64,000 nucleotides of DNA from Oscillospiraceae bacterium (GCA_015063745.1 SVTO01000003.1:3212-67211); one strand, 5' to 3'; positions 17,715-26,281 are shown, numbered from the stretch's first letter. Numbers and translations: made by a program. Notes: generated by a model from the letters alone, not told the origin.

Positions 17715-18830
17715 TCACAGATTTTCTAACATATCCTCCAATGCCTGAATCGTCTTTTCTTTACGGAAATATTTTCCGCGTTCTGCAGCCGCTCGACGAT
17801 ACTCTATGAGCATTTGTGGGTCGGAGAGCATCTTTTTCATTCCTTCATAGATACCGTCTTCGCTGTTTTCCACTACAAGTCCGTATTCGTTGTTCTCGCC
17901 AAGCAGTTCCTTTGCACCGGAACAATTCGTACTGACAACAGGTGTTCCTACGATCAGTGCTTCCGTTACTGCTGTTGAAAAACCCTCTCGTCTGGAAGAA
18001 CATACATATAAATCACAACGTGATACATACTGGTAAGGGTTTTCTTTGTATCCGAGAAGTACAAATGTGTCTTCGGCATGGTATTCTTTGATCTTCTGCC
18101 GCAAGTTTTCTTCCTCTTCGCCTACTCCGAGAATATACACGGTATGTTTTATGCCTTCGTCGATAAGACGTTTATGTACATTCAGAAGACGGTCAAAACC
18201 TTTGGTCTGCATCAGTTTTGCTACTGAGCACACGCGGAATCCTTCCTTGAAAAATGCCGAATCTTCGGGTTCTTTCTTTGCTTTTTCAAGGATTGTTTCG
18301 GTTTCATTTGTATTGTACAGCACGCTGATCGGGGTCTTTAACGGCATGGACAGCAAAAGTCTTTGCTTTACAGAATCAGCTACAGCGATCAGTCTGTCAT
18401 ATGAATTATACAGCTTTTGTGCTTCCGCAACGGAGCGGAAACCGACTGACGCCTGTTTTGGGGTATTCAATTCAATATGAAACCAGGCGATTCTCTTCTT
18501 TGCACAGTCTGGACATCCTGCGATGATACGGGAGGTAGGGCCTTCAAGGTAGGAAATCAGAATATCGTATTCGTCTTTAATCCAGAATTTATACAGCATA
18601 CGGGGTGGAAATATTTTCATCAATGCTGTTGTTCCGCGAGGTTGTCTTTTATATCCGGGGATATAGTGGACATGCGGCAGAAGATATTGACGGTTCACGC
18701 CTACATCGAACAATGTTTGGACTGTAACGTCATATTTTTGCGGATTCAGATTGTTTACCGCATTTACCAGAACCCGTTCTGCACCTCCGTGAGCCAGATT
18801 GGGAATCAGGAATAAAATCTTTTTTTTCAT
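17715..18830 (-). CDS. glycosyltransferase family 4 (GT-B)
   Basis: 371 aa with HGGAERV and EGFSTAVTEALIVGTPVVSTNCSGAKE. Paralogous to the 15548-16684 gene. Confidence 0.8.
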   Translation of the reverse strand: MKKKILFLIPNLAHGGAERVLVNAVNNLNPQKYDVTVQTLFDVGVNRQYLLPHVHYIPGYKRQPRGTTALMKIFPPRMLYKFWIKDEYDILISYLEGPTSRIIAGCPDCAKKRIAWFHIELNTPKQASVGFRSVAEAQKLYNSYDRLIAVADSVKQRLLLSMPLKTPISVLYNTNETETILEKAKKEPEDSAFFKEGFRVCSVAKLMQTKGFDRLLNVHKRLIDEGIKHTVYILGVGEEEENLRQKIKEYHAEDTFVLLGYKENPYQYVSRCDLYVCSSRREGFSTAVTEALIVGTPVVSTNCSGAKELLGENNEYGLVVENSEDGIYEGMKKMLSDPQMLIEYRRAAAERGKYFRKEKTIQALEDMLENL

Positions 18831-18839
18831 AATACTTCC

Positions 18840-19979
18840 TTACCAGAGCGAAGCGATATAATCAAAGAAATTCATTTGCGGATAGCCGATATCAAAGGGA
18901 CGGATGATGGCGTGTTCGTAATAAAAATAGCCGAGATAGCCTACGATACATAAAATAATCAGAATCGTGCGTTGTCTTGGTGTCCAGCGTTTCAGCAAAA
19001 ACGGCAGTGTTATGATCTGTCCGGGCAGGAAATAGTTTGCCAGGCGGGCAAAATAGTTCGCTGTTCCAAACAATCCAACGAACATGATCAGCGCGTTCAG
19101 CATTGCTAAGTTGAACATTAGATTGTCCGTTTTCGTCGAATTTTCAAACGTCTTTCTTCCTCCCAGCAATGCCATCATCAGAGGTACAAAGGAAACAAGT
19201 ACGCGGAATATATTGACCCCCTCTCCTACAAAAGAGGTTTCGTCATAATTGGCACCCATCATGTCTGTAATATCGAGTACGACACCCAGGAGATTTTCCA
19301 GCAGGAAACCTATGGAAATAAATACCGCCATGTAAATGAATGTTCGTTTAGTCCAAGGCTTAAACATCAGGAACAGTACCAGCAGATAAACCATTGAATA
19401 CGGGTGGAACATGGTAGCCAGACCTATACAAACGATATACCGTATCCACTTTTTGTCCAGAGCGGCAGAAATAGATAACAAGCAAAAAGCTGTTGCCATG
19501 CATTGTTTTATGGCAGCCAGCGTAAAGGTATAGAATCCGGTTGTAAACATAAGAAACACACCGAAAACCATTGATTTTGAGTAACGGCGCACGAAAAAAA
19601 CATACGGAATTATGTTTGCAAAAGCGTAAAAAATCAGAACATCCTGAAATGTGAAATGTAAGGTTTTGAGAATACTGTTGACAAACGACAATCCGATACC
19701 GTCTGCGAAATCAGGCAATTCGTTTGCTAAAAATCCCTCCAGATCAGGAGTCAGATACTCGTAGATTTCACGATAGGTGCCTGTATCATTTCCCCAGGTA
19801 CGCAGTCCGCAGAAAAACGCCAGGATCACTGTCAGAAGTACCGTGAAAAAAACATCCTTTCTGGATGATCCGGAAGCTGCCAGATTTTTGTCTCTTATAT
19901 CTATGATCAGGGCGATCAGCAATGAGACCGCCAGTAATACCCATAATCTTGTCACGCTGTTATGTCCTCGATGGAGCAT
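18840..19979 (-). CDS. EpsG-family polytopic membrane protein (putative polysaccharide polymerase)
   Basis: 379 aa with about 10 hydrophobic segments. N-terminal GNDTGTYREIYEYL is typical of EpsG-like proteins. Confidence 0.6.
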   Translation of the reverse strand: MLHRGHNSVTRLWVLLAVSLLIALIIDIRDKNLAASGSSRKDVFFTVLLTVILAFFCGLRTWGNDTGTYREIYEYLTPDLEGFLANELPDFADGIGLSFVNSILKTLHFTFQDVLIFYAFANIIPYVFFVRRYSKSMVFGVFLMFTTGFYTFTLAAIKQCMATAFCLLSISAALDKKWIRYIVCIGLATMFHPYSMVYLLVLFLMFKPWTKRTFIYMAVFISIGFLLENLLGVVLDITDMMGANYDETSFVGEGVNIFRVLVSFVPLMMALLGGRKTFENSTKTDNLMFNLAMLNALIMFVGLFGTANYFARLANYFLPGQIITLPFLLKRWTPRQRTILIILCIVGYLGYFYYEHAIIRPFDIGYPQMNFFDYIASLW

Positions 19980-19998
19980 TCTCTCCGCAAATATACTG

Positions 19999-20817
19999 TT
20001 ACTGCGTCGGAACGCCTTTTAGTTTCTTTCTGTGCAAATACGAATAAATTGTTTTCGGCAACAAGCCGACGATGATCGGACGAAGCATAAATACATACTT
20101 CCATTTGGGAAGTCTCAGTGTTTTTATCACCGTTTTTACCATCCGGGCCTCGTTCAGACGGTATCTGAACCTTCGTCTTTCTGCCGCATTTCGGTCGTCA
20201 CGCATTTTATAAAGCGGTTCGGACAGGTTTTTACCCTGATGACCAAGCGCGTAAATTTTCAGCCAGAGATGCCAGTCCTCTACTCGCAGCAGATTTTTAT
20301 CTTCTGTATACCCTCCGACTGTCTGCATAACTTCTGTACGTATGATACAAGGTGCATGACAGTGAACCGGCCCGTGAACTAGACTTTCCTTCACGGGATA
20401 TTCAGTGCAGGTAATGTAACCGGAAAAATCCCCCTCCTCATCAAAGTGAATCATGGTTGTGCTTACGACCGCAATTTCCGGCTCGTTTTCAAGTACATTC
20501 CGTTCAACCTCGAATCTGTTTGGAAGAGAAATATCATCGCCGTCCATGCGGGCAATATATTTTCCGGTAGCATACTTGAGGCAATGGTTGAGGGTATAAT
20601 TAAGCCCCCTGTTGCGCTCGTTTCGGATGAGAATGATCTTAGCCGGATATTTCTTTTGATATTCACCGGCAACGGCATATGTGTCGTCGGAAGAACCGTC
20701 ATCACACATGATCAATTCCCAGTTCTTATACGTTTGATTTATTATAGAATCTATAGCTTCCGGTAAAGTGGCGGCGCAGTTATAGATACCCATAATTACA
20801 GATATTTCAGCACTCAT
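19999..20817 (-). CDS. glycosyltransferase family 2
   Basis: 272 aa with ISVIMGIYNCAATL..CDDGSSDDT..ARMDGDD. Confidence 0.8.
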   Translation of the reverse strand: MSAEISVIMGIYNCAATLPEAIDSIINQTYKNWELIMCDDGSSDDTYAVAGEYQKKYPAKIILIRNERNRGLNYTLNHCLKYATGKYIARMDGDDISLPNRFEVERNVLENEPEIAVVSTTMIHFDEEGDFSGYITCTEYPVKESLVHGPVHCHAPCIIRTEVMQTVGGYTEDKNLLRVEDWHLWLKIYALGHQGKNLSEPLYKMRDDRNAAERRRFRYRLNEARMVKTVIKTLRLPKWKYVFMLRPIIVGLLPKTIYSYLHRKKLKGVPTQ

Positions 20818-21325
20818 CGTTATTCTCTTTGATTATGATTCTGTTTTCGGCACATACTACCGTTGCTCCGTCGGGAACATCTTTTGTTACAACACACCCT
20901 GCACCGATTTTCACATTGTTTCCGATATGAACACCACCAATAATTTTTGCACCTGCGCCAATACTAACATTGTCTCCAAGTGTCGGCGCACCGTCTTTGC
21001 CTTCGCCGATTGTTACCTGATGGAATATGGTACAGTTTCTGCCGATTGCTGCATTATGCGAAACGATTATACCGTTCAGACCGTGTGGCAGACGGGGCGG
21101 TTCTGCGAATACAGCGCCGCAATTCCGATGAGTTCCCATGGATGCGTTATTAAAGGCATCGGCTCGCTTAATATAGTACAGGCGGATCATGTCGCCGAAT
21201 TTCGTTCCTCTCTTGGGATCCACAACAATACTGCGGTATTTCCAATACTTTTTTTGATTATAGCGCTGAACAACAGAGCGCATATGTTCTTCCATACCGG
21301 AAAGTTTAATGTCGTTGTAAGCCAT
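20807..21325 (-). CDS. hexapeptide-repeat O-acetyltransferase (serine acetyltransferase-like)
   Basis: 172 aa with left-handed beta-helix repeats (IGRNCTIFHQVTIG, LGDNVSIGAGAKIIGGVHIGNNVKIGAGCVV). Confidence 0.75.
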   Translation of the reverse strand: MAYNDIKLSGMEEHMRSVVQRYNQKKYWKYRSIVVDPKRGTKFGDMIRLYYIKRADAFNNASMGTHRNCGAVFAEPPRLPHGLNGIIVSHNAAIGRNCTIFHQVTIGEGKDGAPTLGDNVSIGAGAKIIGGVHIGNNVKIGAGCVVTKDVPDGATVVCAENRIIIKENNDEC

Positions 21326-22433
21326 CTGTCATTCCATCCATCGTAATTTTCACAATCATTGTCTTATCAAACAAAGCAATCATACGTTCACGGCCCGCTT
21401 TACCCATTGTTTCGCGTTCTTCAGGCGATAAATTACAGAAGCGTTTCATCATACTGTATAGGCTTTCTTCATCTCTGACTTCACATAAATACCCGGTTAC
21501 ATCGTTCTCAACTGCTTCCATGCAACCGTTGATATTGCTTGTGATTACCGGTCTTCCGCAGGAGGCGGCTTCCAAAAGTACGTTGGACATACCTTCATGA
21601 TAACTTGGCAGAACAACACAGTGGGCTGTCTCGTAAAATTGCTTTATGTCAGTCTGATAACCGTGGAAATTGATGATCCCGTCCGCTTGCAACGTATTGA
21701 TTCTCAGCTGATAAGATTCTTCGAACAATCCGACTACATCCAAAATTACATTATCACCGTAGTCAGCTTTCAGTCTGATCATTGCTTCGAACAGTTCCTC
21801 CACACCTTTTTCTTTCATGATACGGCCGACAAATAAAAATCGGAGCGTATTTTCCTTTGGATATGGCAGCAAGGGATATTCGTTCGTATCAACTCCCGCT
21901 CCACGCAGGACTCTGGTATTATCTTTCTTTACAGCCCCGGCTTTTACCATCATGTCACGGTTGCCTTCATTTTCGAAAAAAATAATCTTCGCGTTTTTCA
22001 GTCCGGTTTTATACATGGCAAGAACCAGTCTGCGAAGCAATCCACCGCCTTCAATAGCAGACCCGAGTCCGGTGATATTGGATACAAACGGCACTTTCTT
22101 TTTACGGCAAGCGAGTCCGCCGTATATATTGGGTTTGATGGTATAGGCAATCACCAGATCAGGTCTAATTAATTTGACTATGCTGAGGTACTTTCTATAC
22201 AATCTGATATCTCTCAGGGGATTCATGCCGCGGCGTTCCAATTCTACTGCTACAAAACAGCATCCCAGTTTTTCTAATTCAGGTATGAACTCTCCCTCTG
22301 GAAGGGCGATATAGACCTCATTTTCCATTCGGATCAGTTCCTTCAACAATGCTTTGCGAAACTTATAGAGACCCATATCAAAGTTTGCCAGAACGAGAAT
22401 TCGCTTATTTTTTATGAGCCGGGACTCCGACAT
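21306..22433 (-). CDS. glycosyltransferase family 4 (GT-B)
   Basis: EGMSNVLLEAASCGRPVITSNINGCMEAV..VTGYL. ATG 22433 (MSESRL) preferred over GTG 22442. Confidence 0.8.
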   Translation of the reverse strand: MSESRLIKNKRILVLANFDMGLYKFRKALLKELIRMENEVYIALPEGEFIPELEKLGCCFVAVELERRGMNPLRDIRLYRKYLSIVKLIRPDLVIAYTIKPNIYGGLACRKKKVPFVSNITGLGSAIEGGGLLRRLVLAMYKTGLKNAKIIFFENEGNRDMMVKAGAVKKDNTRVLRGAGVDTNEYPLLPYPKENTLRFLFVGRIMKEKGVEELFEAMIRLKADYGDNVILDVVGLFEESYQLRINTLQADGIINFHGYQTDIKQFYETAHCVVLPSYHEGMSNVLLEAASCGRPVITSNINGCMEAVENDVTGYLCEVRDEESLYSMMKRFCNLSPEERETMGKAGRERMIALFDKTMIVKITMDGMTDGLQRH

Positions 22434-23010
22434 ATACTCCACTCTCCGAAATATCCTTCACAACAACAGCACCAGCTCCAATGATGCATCCGCCGCATAT
22501 TGTGGTATTATTTTTGACTGCTGCACCGATTCCTATATGAGTCCCCTGCCCTATTTTAACCGTTCCCCCAAGGGATGCTGCCGGTGATATGTGTACATAA
22601 TCGGCGAGAAGGTTATTGTGCTCGACAATGGAACCGGTATTGATGATGCAGTGACTGCCGACTTCTGCTTCCGCATTGATTACTGCATTCGGCATTACTG
22701 CGCATCCTTGTCCGATCTTTGCATACGATGATACTACAGCACGCGGATGAATGGCTGTATACCATTCTGCATCCATGGATTCAGCAAGGTTCTGTCTTAT
22801 GGCATTATTTCCGATAGCGATGATGAACTTATTGTTTTCGTATTTCCGATATTCTGTGATATTCCCGAGTACAGGTACGCCGAGAACAGTACTGTCTTTG
22901 GCAAGACTGTCGTCCAGAATACCGACTACGGTATCTCCGGCAGTTCGGATACAATCTATGACTACTTTGGCATGACCGCCGCCGCCGATAACGATGACCT
23001 GTTCAGACAT
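22405..23010 (-). CDS. NeuD/PglD-family amino-sugar N-acetyltransferase
   Basis: Start at ATG 23010 (MSEQVIVIGGGGHAKVVIDCI). N-terminal nucleotide-binding-like fold followed by hexapeptide repeats. Confidence 0.75.
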   Translation of the reverse strand: MSEQVIVIGGGGHAKVVIDCIRTAGDTVVGILDDSLAKDSTVLGVPVLGNITEYRKYENNKFIIAIGNNAIRQNLAESMDAEWYTAIHPRAVVSSYAKIGQGCAVMPNAVINAEAEVGSHCIINTGSIVEHNNLLADYVHISPAASLGGTVKIGQGTHIGIGAAVKNNTTICGGCIIGAGAVVVKDISESGVYVGVPAHKK

Positions 23011-23644
23011 TGATCTGCTCCTTTGTTCCCATAAACTCCTCCATCGTTGCTGAAGTTTCGGACGATATTCCCTCTCTGACAAATACACAGCGGATTGTCA
23101 GGAAAATTACTTTTAAATCTGTAATAAAACCGATATTCTTTACATACCACACATCATGGGCAAACCGCTCTTCCCAAGAAAGCAGATTGCGGCCGTGTAC
23201 CTGTGCCCAGCCGGTGAGTCCCGGGCGTACATCATGGCGGTGTTTTTGCTCTTCGTTATATCTGGGAAGATATCTTACCAACAGCGGTCTGGGGCCTACG
23301 ATGCTCATGTCACCCTTAAAGATATTCCACAGTTCGGGCAGTTCATCCAATGACAATGCGCGCAGTTTTTTTCCGAACGGTGTAAGACGTTCTTCATCAG
23401 GAAGAGGAACCCCTGTTGTCGGATCAACCGCATCGCGCATTGTACGGAACTTGTACAATTTGAATATCCTTTCCTCTTTGCCGGGACGTTCCTGACAGAA
23501 AATCACAGGACTTCCCAGCTTGGTTCTCACTAAGATTGCCGTGATCAGCAAAATCGGCGAAAGTACGATTAATGCAATGCCGGACAGAAGGATATCGAGA
23601 AAACGCTTTATGTATTTTTCGTAAAATGTTGGTTTATGTTCCAT
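23003..23644 (-). CDS. small monotopic polyprenyl-phosphate sugar-phosphate transferase (PglC/EpsL-like initiating enzyme)
   Basis: Start at ATG 23644 (MEHKPTFYEKY). One N-terminal hydrophobic helix, then PVIFCQERPGKEERIFKLYKFRTM and LDELPELWNIFKGDMSIVGPRP. Confidence 0.85.
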   Translation of the reverse strand: MEHKPTFYEKYIKRFLDILLSGIALIVLSPILLITAILVRTKLGSPVIFCQERPGKEERIFKLYKFRTMRDAVDPTTGVPLPDEERLTPFGKKLRALSLDELPELWNIFKGDMSIVGPRPLLVRYLPRYNEEQKHRHDVRPGLTGWAQVHGRNLLSWEERFAHDVWYVKNIGFITDLKVIFLTIRCVFVREGISSETSATMEEFMGTKEQINV

Positions 23645-23652
23645 TGTTTTCC

Positions 23653-24774
23653 TTAAAACATAGATTGAATAACAGTGCAGACACGATCTACGTCGTCCAT
23701 TGACATTTTTGTGTCGCTGGGCAGACACAGACCTTGCTTAAACAGTTCCTCGGAGACAGACCGGTTTTCGATCATCACATACGGTGCACCGGCAAATACA
23801 GGTTGACTGTGCATCGGTTTCCACAGCGGTCTGCTTTCCATATTGTTTTCGTTCAGTTTTTCTATCAGTGTCATCGGGGCAACACCGCATCCGCTCTCGA
23901 GCAGGATTGAGGTAAGCCAGCAGTTGGAAACTGTATTTTCAGATATGGGCTGAAATGAAATGGGCAACTTTGCAAGATTTTTCCTGTATCTTTGATAAAT
24001 ACTCTGTTTCTTGGCTATCCGCTCAGGCAAAACTTTCATCTGGCCTCGTCCGATACCGGCGCAGATATTACTCATGCGGTAGTTGTAACCGATTTCTTCG
24101 TGTTGGTACCACGGGAACGGTTCACGTGCCTGTGTTGCCAGTTTCAGGGCGTGTTCAGCGTTTGCTTTTTCTTCGCATACAAGCATACCGCCGCCCGATG
24201 TGGTTATGATTTTGTTTCCGTTAAAGGATAAAATGCCGAATTTGCCGAATGTACCGCACTTTTTCTCCCGGTATGTACTGCCCATTGCTTCTGCGGCATC
24301 CTCTATCAGCGGGATTTTGTATCTGTCACAGATTGCGCAGATCTCATCCAGCTTGGCAGGATTACCGTACAGGTGTACCGCGATGACGGCTTTAGGAACT
24401 CCGTAAAGCTTTATTGCTTTTTCCAGTGCGGACGGATCCATATTCCATGTCTCGCGCTCGCTGTCGATAAAAACCGGTTCTGCACCTACATAGGTTATCG
24501 GATTGGCAGATGCTGAAAAGGTCAAGTCCTGGCAGAAAACTTTGTCCCCGCTTTCGACGCCGGCACAAATAAGGGCAAGATGAATGGCGGAAGTACCGGA
24601 CGCCAATGCTACTGTATTTTTTGCGCCAAGGTATTTCTTTACGGTACTTTCAAACTCGGTTACATTTTCTCCCAGAGGTGCAATCCAGTTTTTTTGAAAT
24701 GCATCATGGATATACGCCAGCTCATAGCCTTCTTCAGACATATGGGGGGCAGATAAATAAATATGTTCAGACAT
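23653..24774 (-). CDS. DegT/DnrJ/EryC1-family PLP aminotransferase (PglE/EpsN-like)
   Basis: LASGTSAIHLAL and SFNGNKIITTSGGGML (PLP lysine context). Start taken at ATG 24774 (MSEHIYL) with a GGGAG RBS; ATG 24828 is an alternative. Confidence 0.8.
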   Translation of the reverse strand: MSEHIYLSAPHMSEEGYELAYIHDAFQKNWIAPLGENVTEFESTVKKYLGAKNTVALASGTSAIHLALICAGVESGDKVFCQDLTFSASANPITYVGAEPVFIDSERETWNMDPSALEKAIKLYGVPKAVIAVHLYGNPAKLDEICAICDRYKIPLIEDAAEAMGSTYREKKCGTFGKFGILSFNGNKIITTSGGGMLVCEEKANAEHALKLATQAREPFPWYQHEEIGYNYRMSNICAGIGRGQMKVLPERIAKKQSIYQRYRKNLAKLPISFQPISENTVSNCWLTSILLESGCGVAPMTLIEKLNENNMESRPLWKPMHSQPVFAGAPYVMIENRSVSEELFKQGLCLPSDTKMSMDDVDRVCTVIQSMF

Positions 24775-24881
24775 AAATGCCGCTCCCGTTTGCGTTTTTG
24801 CTTTTAATGGTTCTTTGTTGTGAATCATACAGTTCCATTTATTTCCGGCATAATTTTTGGTAAATCAGACTTATGCCGGTC

Positions 24882-25124
24882 TCATTGTATCTCCTGATCA
24901 AGAGCATCAAATTCAGGCGTACTGAAAAACTGGCCGAGGGTTATCTCAAATCCGTCACACAGTTTTTTGATGTTCACAATTCCCGGATTTTTGCTCTCGC
25001 CGTTTAATATACTTTTAACCGTCGCCTGTGGGACGCCGGAAATGATACTGATGCCATTCGGAGTTATTCCGCGTTCTTTACACAACTCCCGAATCCTCTT
25101 CGCCACTGTCTGCTGTGTATTCAT
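24882..25124 (-). CDS. XRE-family helix-turn-helix transcriptional regulator
   Basis: 80 aa from ATG 25124 (MNTQQTVAKRIRELCKERGITPNGISIISGVPQATVKSILNG). Sits directly upstream of, and co-oriented with, the glycan locus. Confidence 0.75.
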   Translation of the reverse strand: MNTQQTVAKRIRELCKERGITPNGISIISGVPQATVKSILNGESKNPGIVNIKKLCDGFEITLGQFFSTPEFDALDQEIQ

Positions 25125-25334
25125 CCGTCTTTCAACCCACTTACTTAATATGTTTTCAACATATTTATACAACATGTCACAATATATGATACACCAAACA
25201 CGCTGATTTTGTTAGTGATAACTCACTACTTATTCCCTTTCGTTTAAAATCTTACAATAAACATTGCTAAAAGTATCGCTATAACAAGTACATTCAGGAT
25301 AATGCTGGCAATGTACTTCAGAAATCTCAAAATT

Positions 25335-25913
25335 TTATCCGGGACTGTATCTGATAAATACATCCATAAGCAGCGAGCATACAAGTAATGTTACTGCCGC
25401 GCAGACTGCTGTCTGGGTATTCCGGTTCAGAATCCAGGACATTGCAATGATGCCGGAATCGATCATCAGAAAAACAAGACCGGTTCTGAGTTTCTTATAT
25501 CGCATGGTAATCAGGCTTACCACAACATCCGTTCCGCCCGTGGTTGCTCCGTTGCGAAACACAATCCCGAGCCCTGCTGCCTGCAGAATACCGCCGCAGA
25601 TAGCTGACAGATACGGGTCACTCAGCGGTACAGGAATCTGCATCTCCTGGATGGCTGTGATCATAGCCGATGAGATTACGGTGGCATAAACGGTTCCGGC
25701 AGCGAATGCTTTACCGAGTTTCCACGTGCCGATTAACAATAACGGCAGGTTTATGCTGAATATAATGACTCCGGTATTCAAGGGGATGAGTGAAGACAGC
25801 ATGATCGCCAATCCGCTGGCTCCTCCTGCTGCCAGTTTGTGCGGTTCCAGAAACAAAGCTACGGCGGCAGCATACAGCAAGCAGGACATTGTAATGATTG
25901 TGTATCTTTTCAA
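25335..25913 (-). CDS. YitT-like integral membrane protein (no DUF2179 C-domain)
   Basis: 192 aa and polytopic. Repeated GGASGLAIML / GGTDVVVSLI motifs are typical of YitT-family proteins. Confidence 0.55.
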   Translation of the reverse strand: MKRYTIITMSCLLYAAAVALFLEPHKLAAGGASGLAIMLSSLIPLNTGVIIFSINLPLLLIGTWKLGKAFAAGTVYATVISSAMITAIQEMQIPVPLSDPYLSAICGGILQAAGLGIVFRNGATTGGTDVVVSLITMRYKKLRTGLVFLMIDSGIIAMSWILNRNTQTAVCAAVTLLVCSLLMDVFIRYSPG

Positions 25914-25961
25914 TCCATCCTCCTATGGTTTGGTATCTTAAAACAAGCAAAACATTTCCAT

Positions 25962-25991
25962 TCATATTTACGTTACATAGAGTTCATAATA
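25962..25991 (+). promoter_or_regulatory. candidate forespore (sigma-G/F-type) promoter of the SASP gene
   Basis: TCATA (25962-25966), 18-nt spacer, CATAATA (25985-25991). Resembles the GnATR-N17/18-CATAnTA consensus. Weak evidence only. Confidence 0.35.
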
Positions 25992-26056
25992 TGACCAGAG
26001 AGCCGGAGCGGTTCTCTGAAACAAAATTTTTTGAATTTGAAATGGAGAAAATGATT

Positions 26057-26260
26057 ATGGCACAGAGAAGCAACAAAATTGTAGTTCCCGAAGCTAAGGC
26101 TGCTATGGAACAGTTCAAGATGCAGGCTGCTAACGAAGTTGGCGTTCAGCTCAATCAGGGCTATAACGGTCAGCTTACCAGCCGTGAAGCAGGTTCCATC
26201 GGTGGTCAGATGGTTAAGAAGATGATCGAATCCTACGAAAACAACCTGAGCGCAAAGTAA
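26057..26260 (+). CDS. alpha/beta-type small acid-soluble spore protein
   Basis: 67 aa from ATG 26057 (GGAGA RBS 8 nt upstream). EAKAAMEQFKMQAANEVGV and TSREAGSIGGQMVKKMIE match the two conserved SASP blocks. Confidence 0.9.
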   Translation: MAQRSNKIVVPEAKAAMEQFKMQAANEVGVQLNQGYNGQLTSREAGSIGGQMVKKMIESYENNLSAK

Positions 26261-26281
26261 AAGAGAGACGTATTTCTTTCC

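Noticed and set aside
24845-24879. Perfect 9-bp hairpin CCGGCATAA / TTATGCCGG with a 17-nt loop, between the XRE gene and the aminotransferase gene.
   Set aside because: It could be a terminator or attenuator separating the regulator from the locus. No U-tract follows it on either strand, so I did not call it a terminator. Its role is undetermined.
25244-25330. 28-aa hydrophobic minus-strand ORF (LRFLKYIASIILNVLVIAILLAMFIVRF) just after the YitT-like gene. It is reminiscent of small membrane toxins.
   Set aside because: It has only a TTG start 5 nt after the upstream stop, no SD sequence, and no antisense-RNA or promoter signature that I can see. The support is too weak to call.
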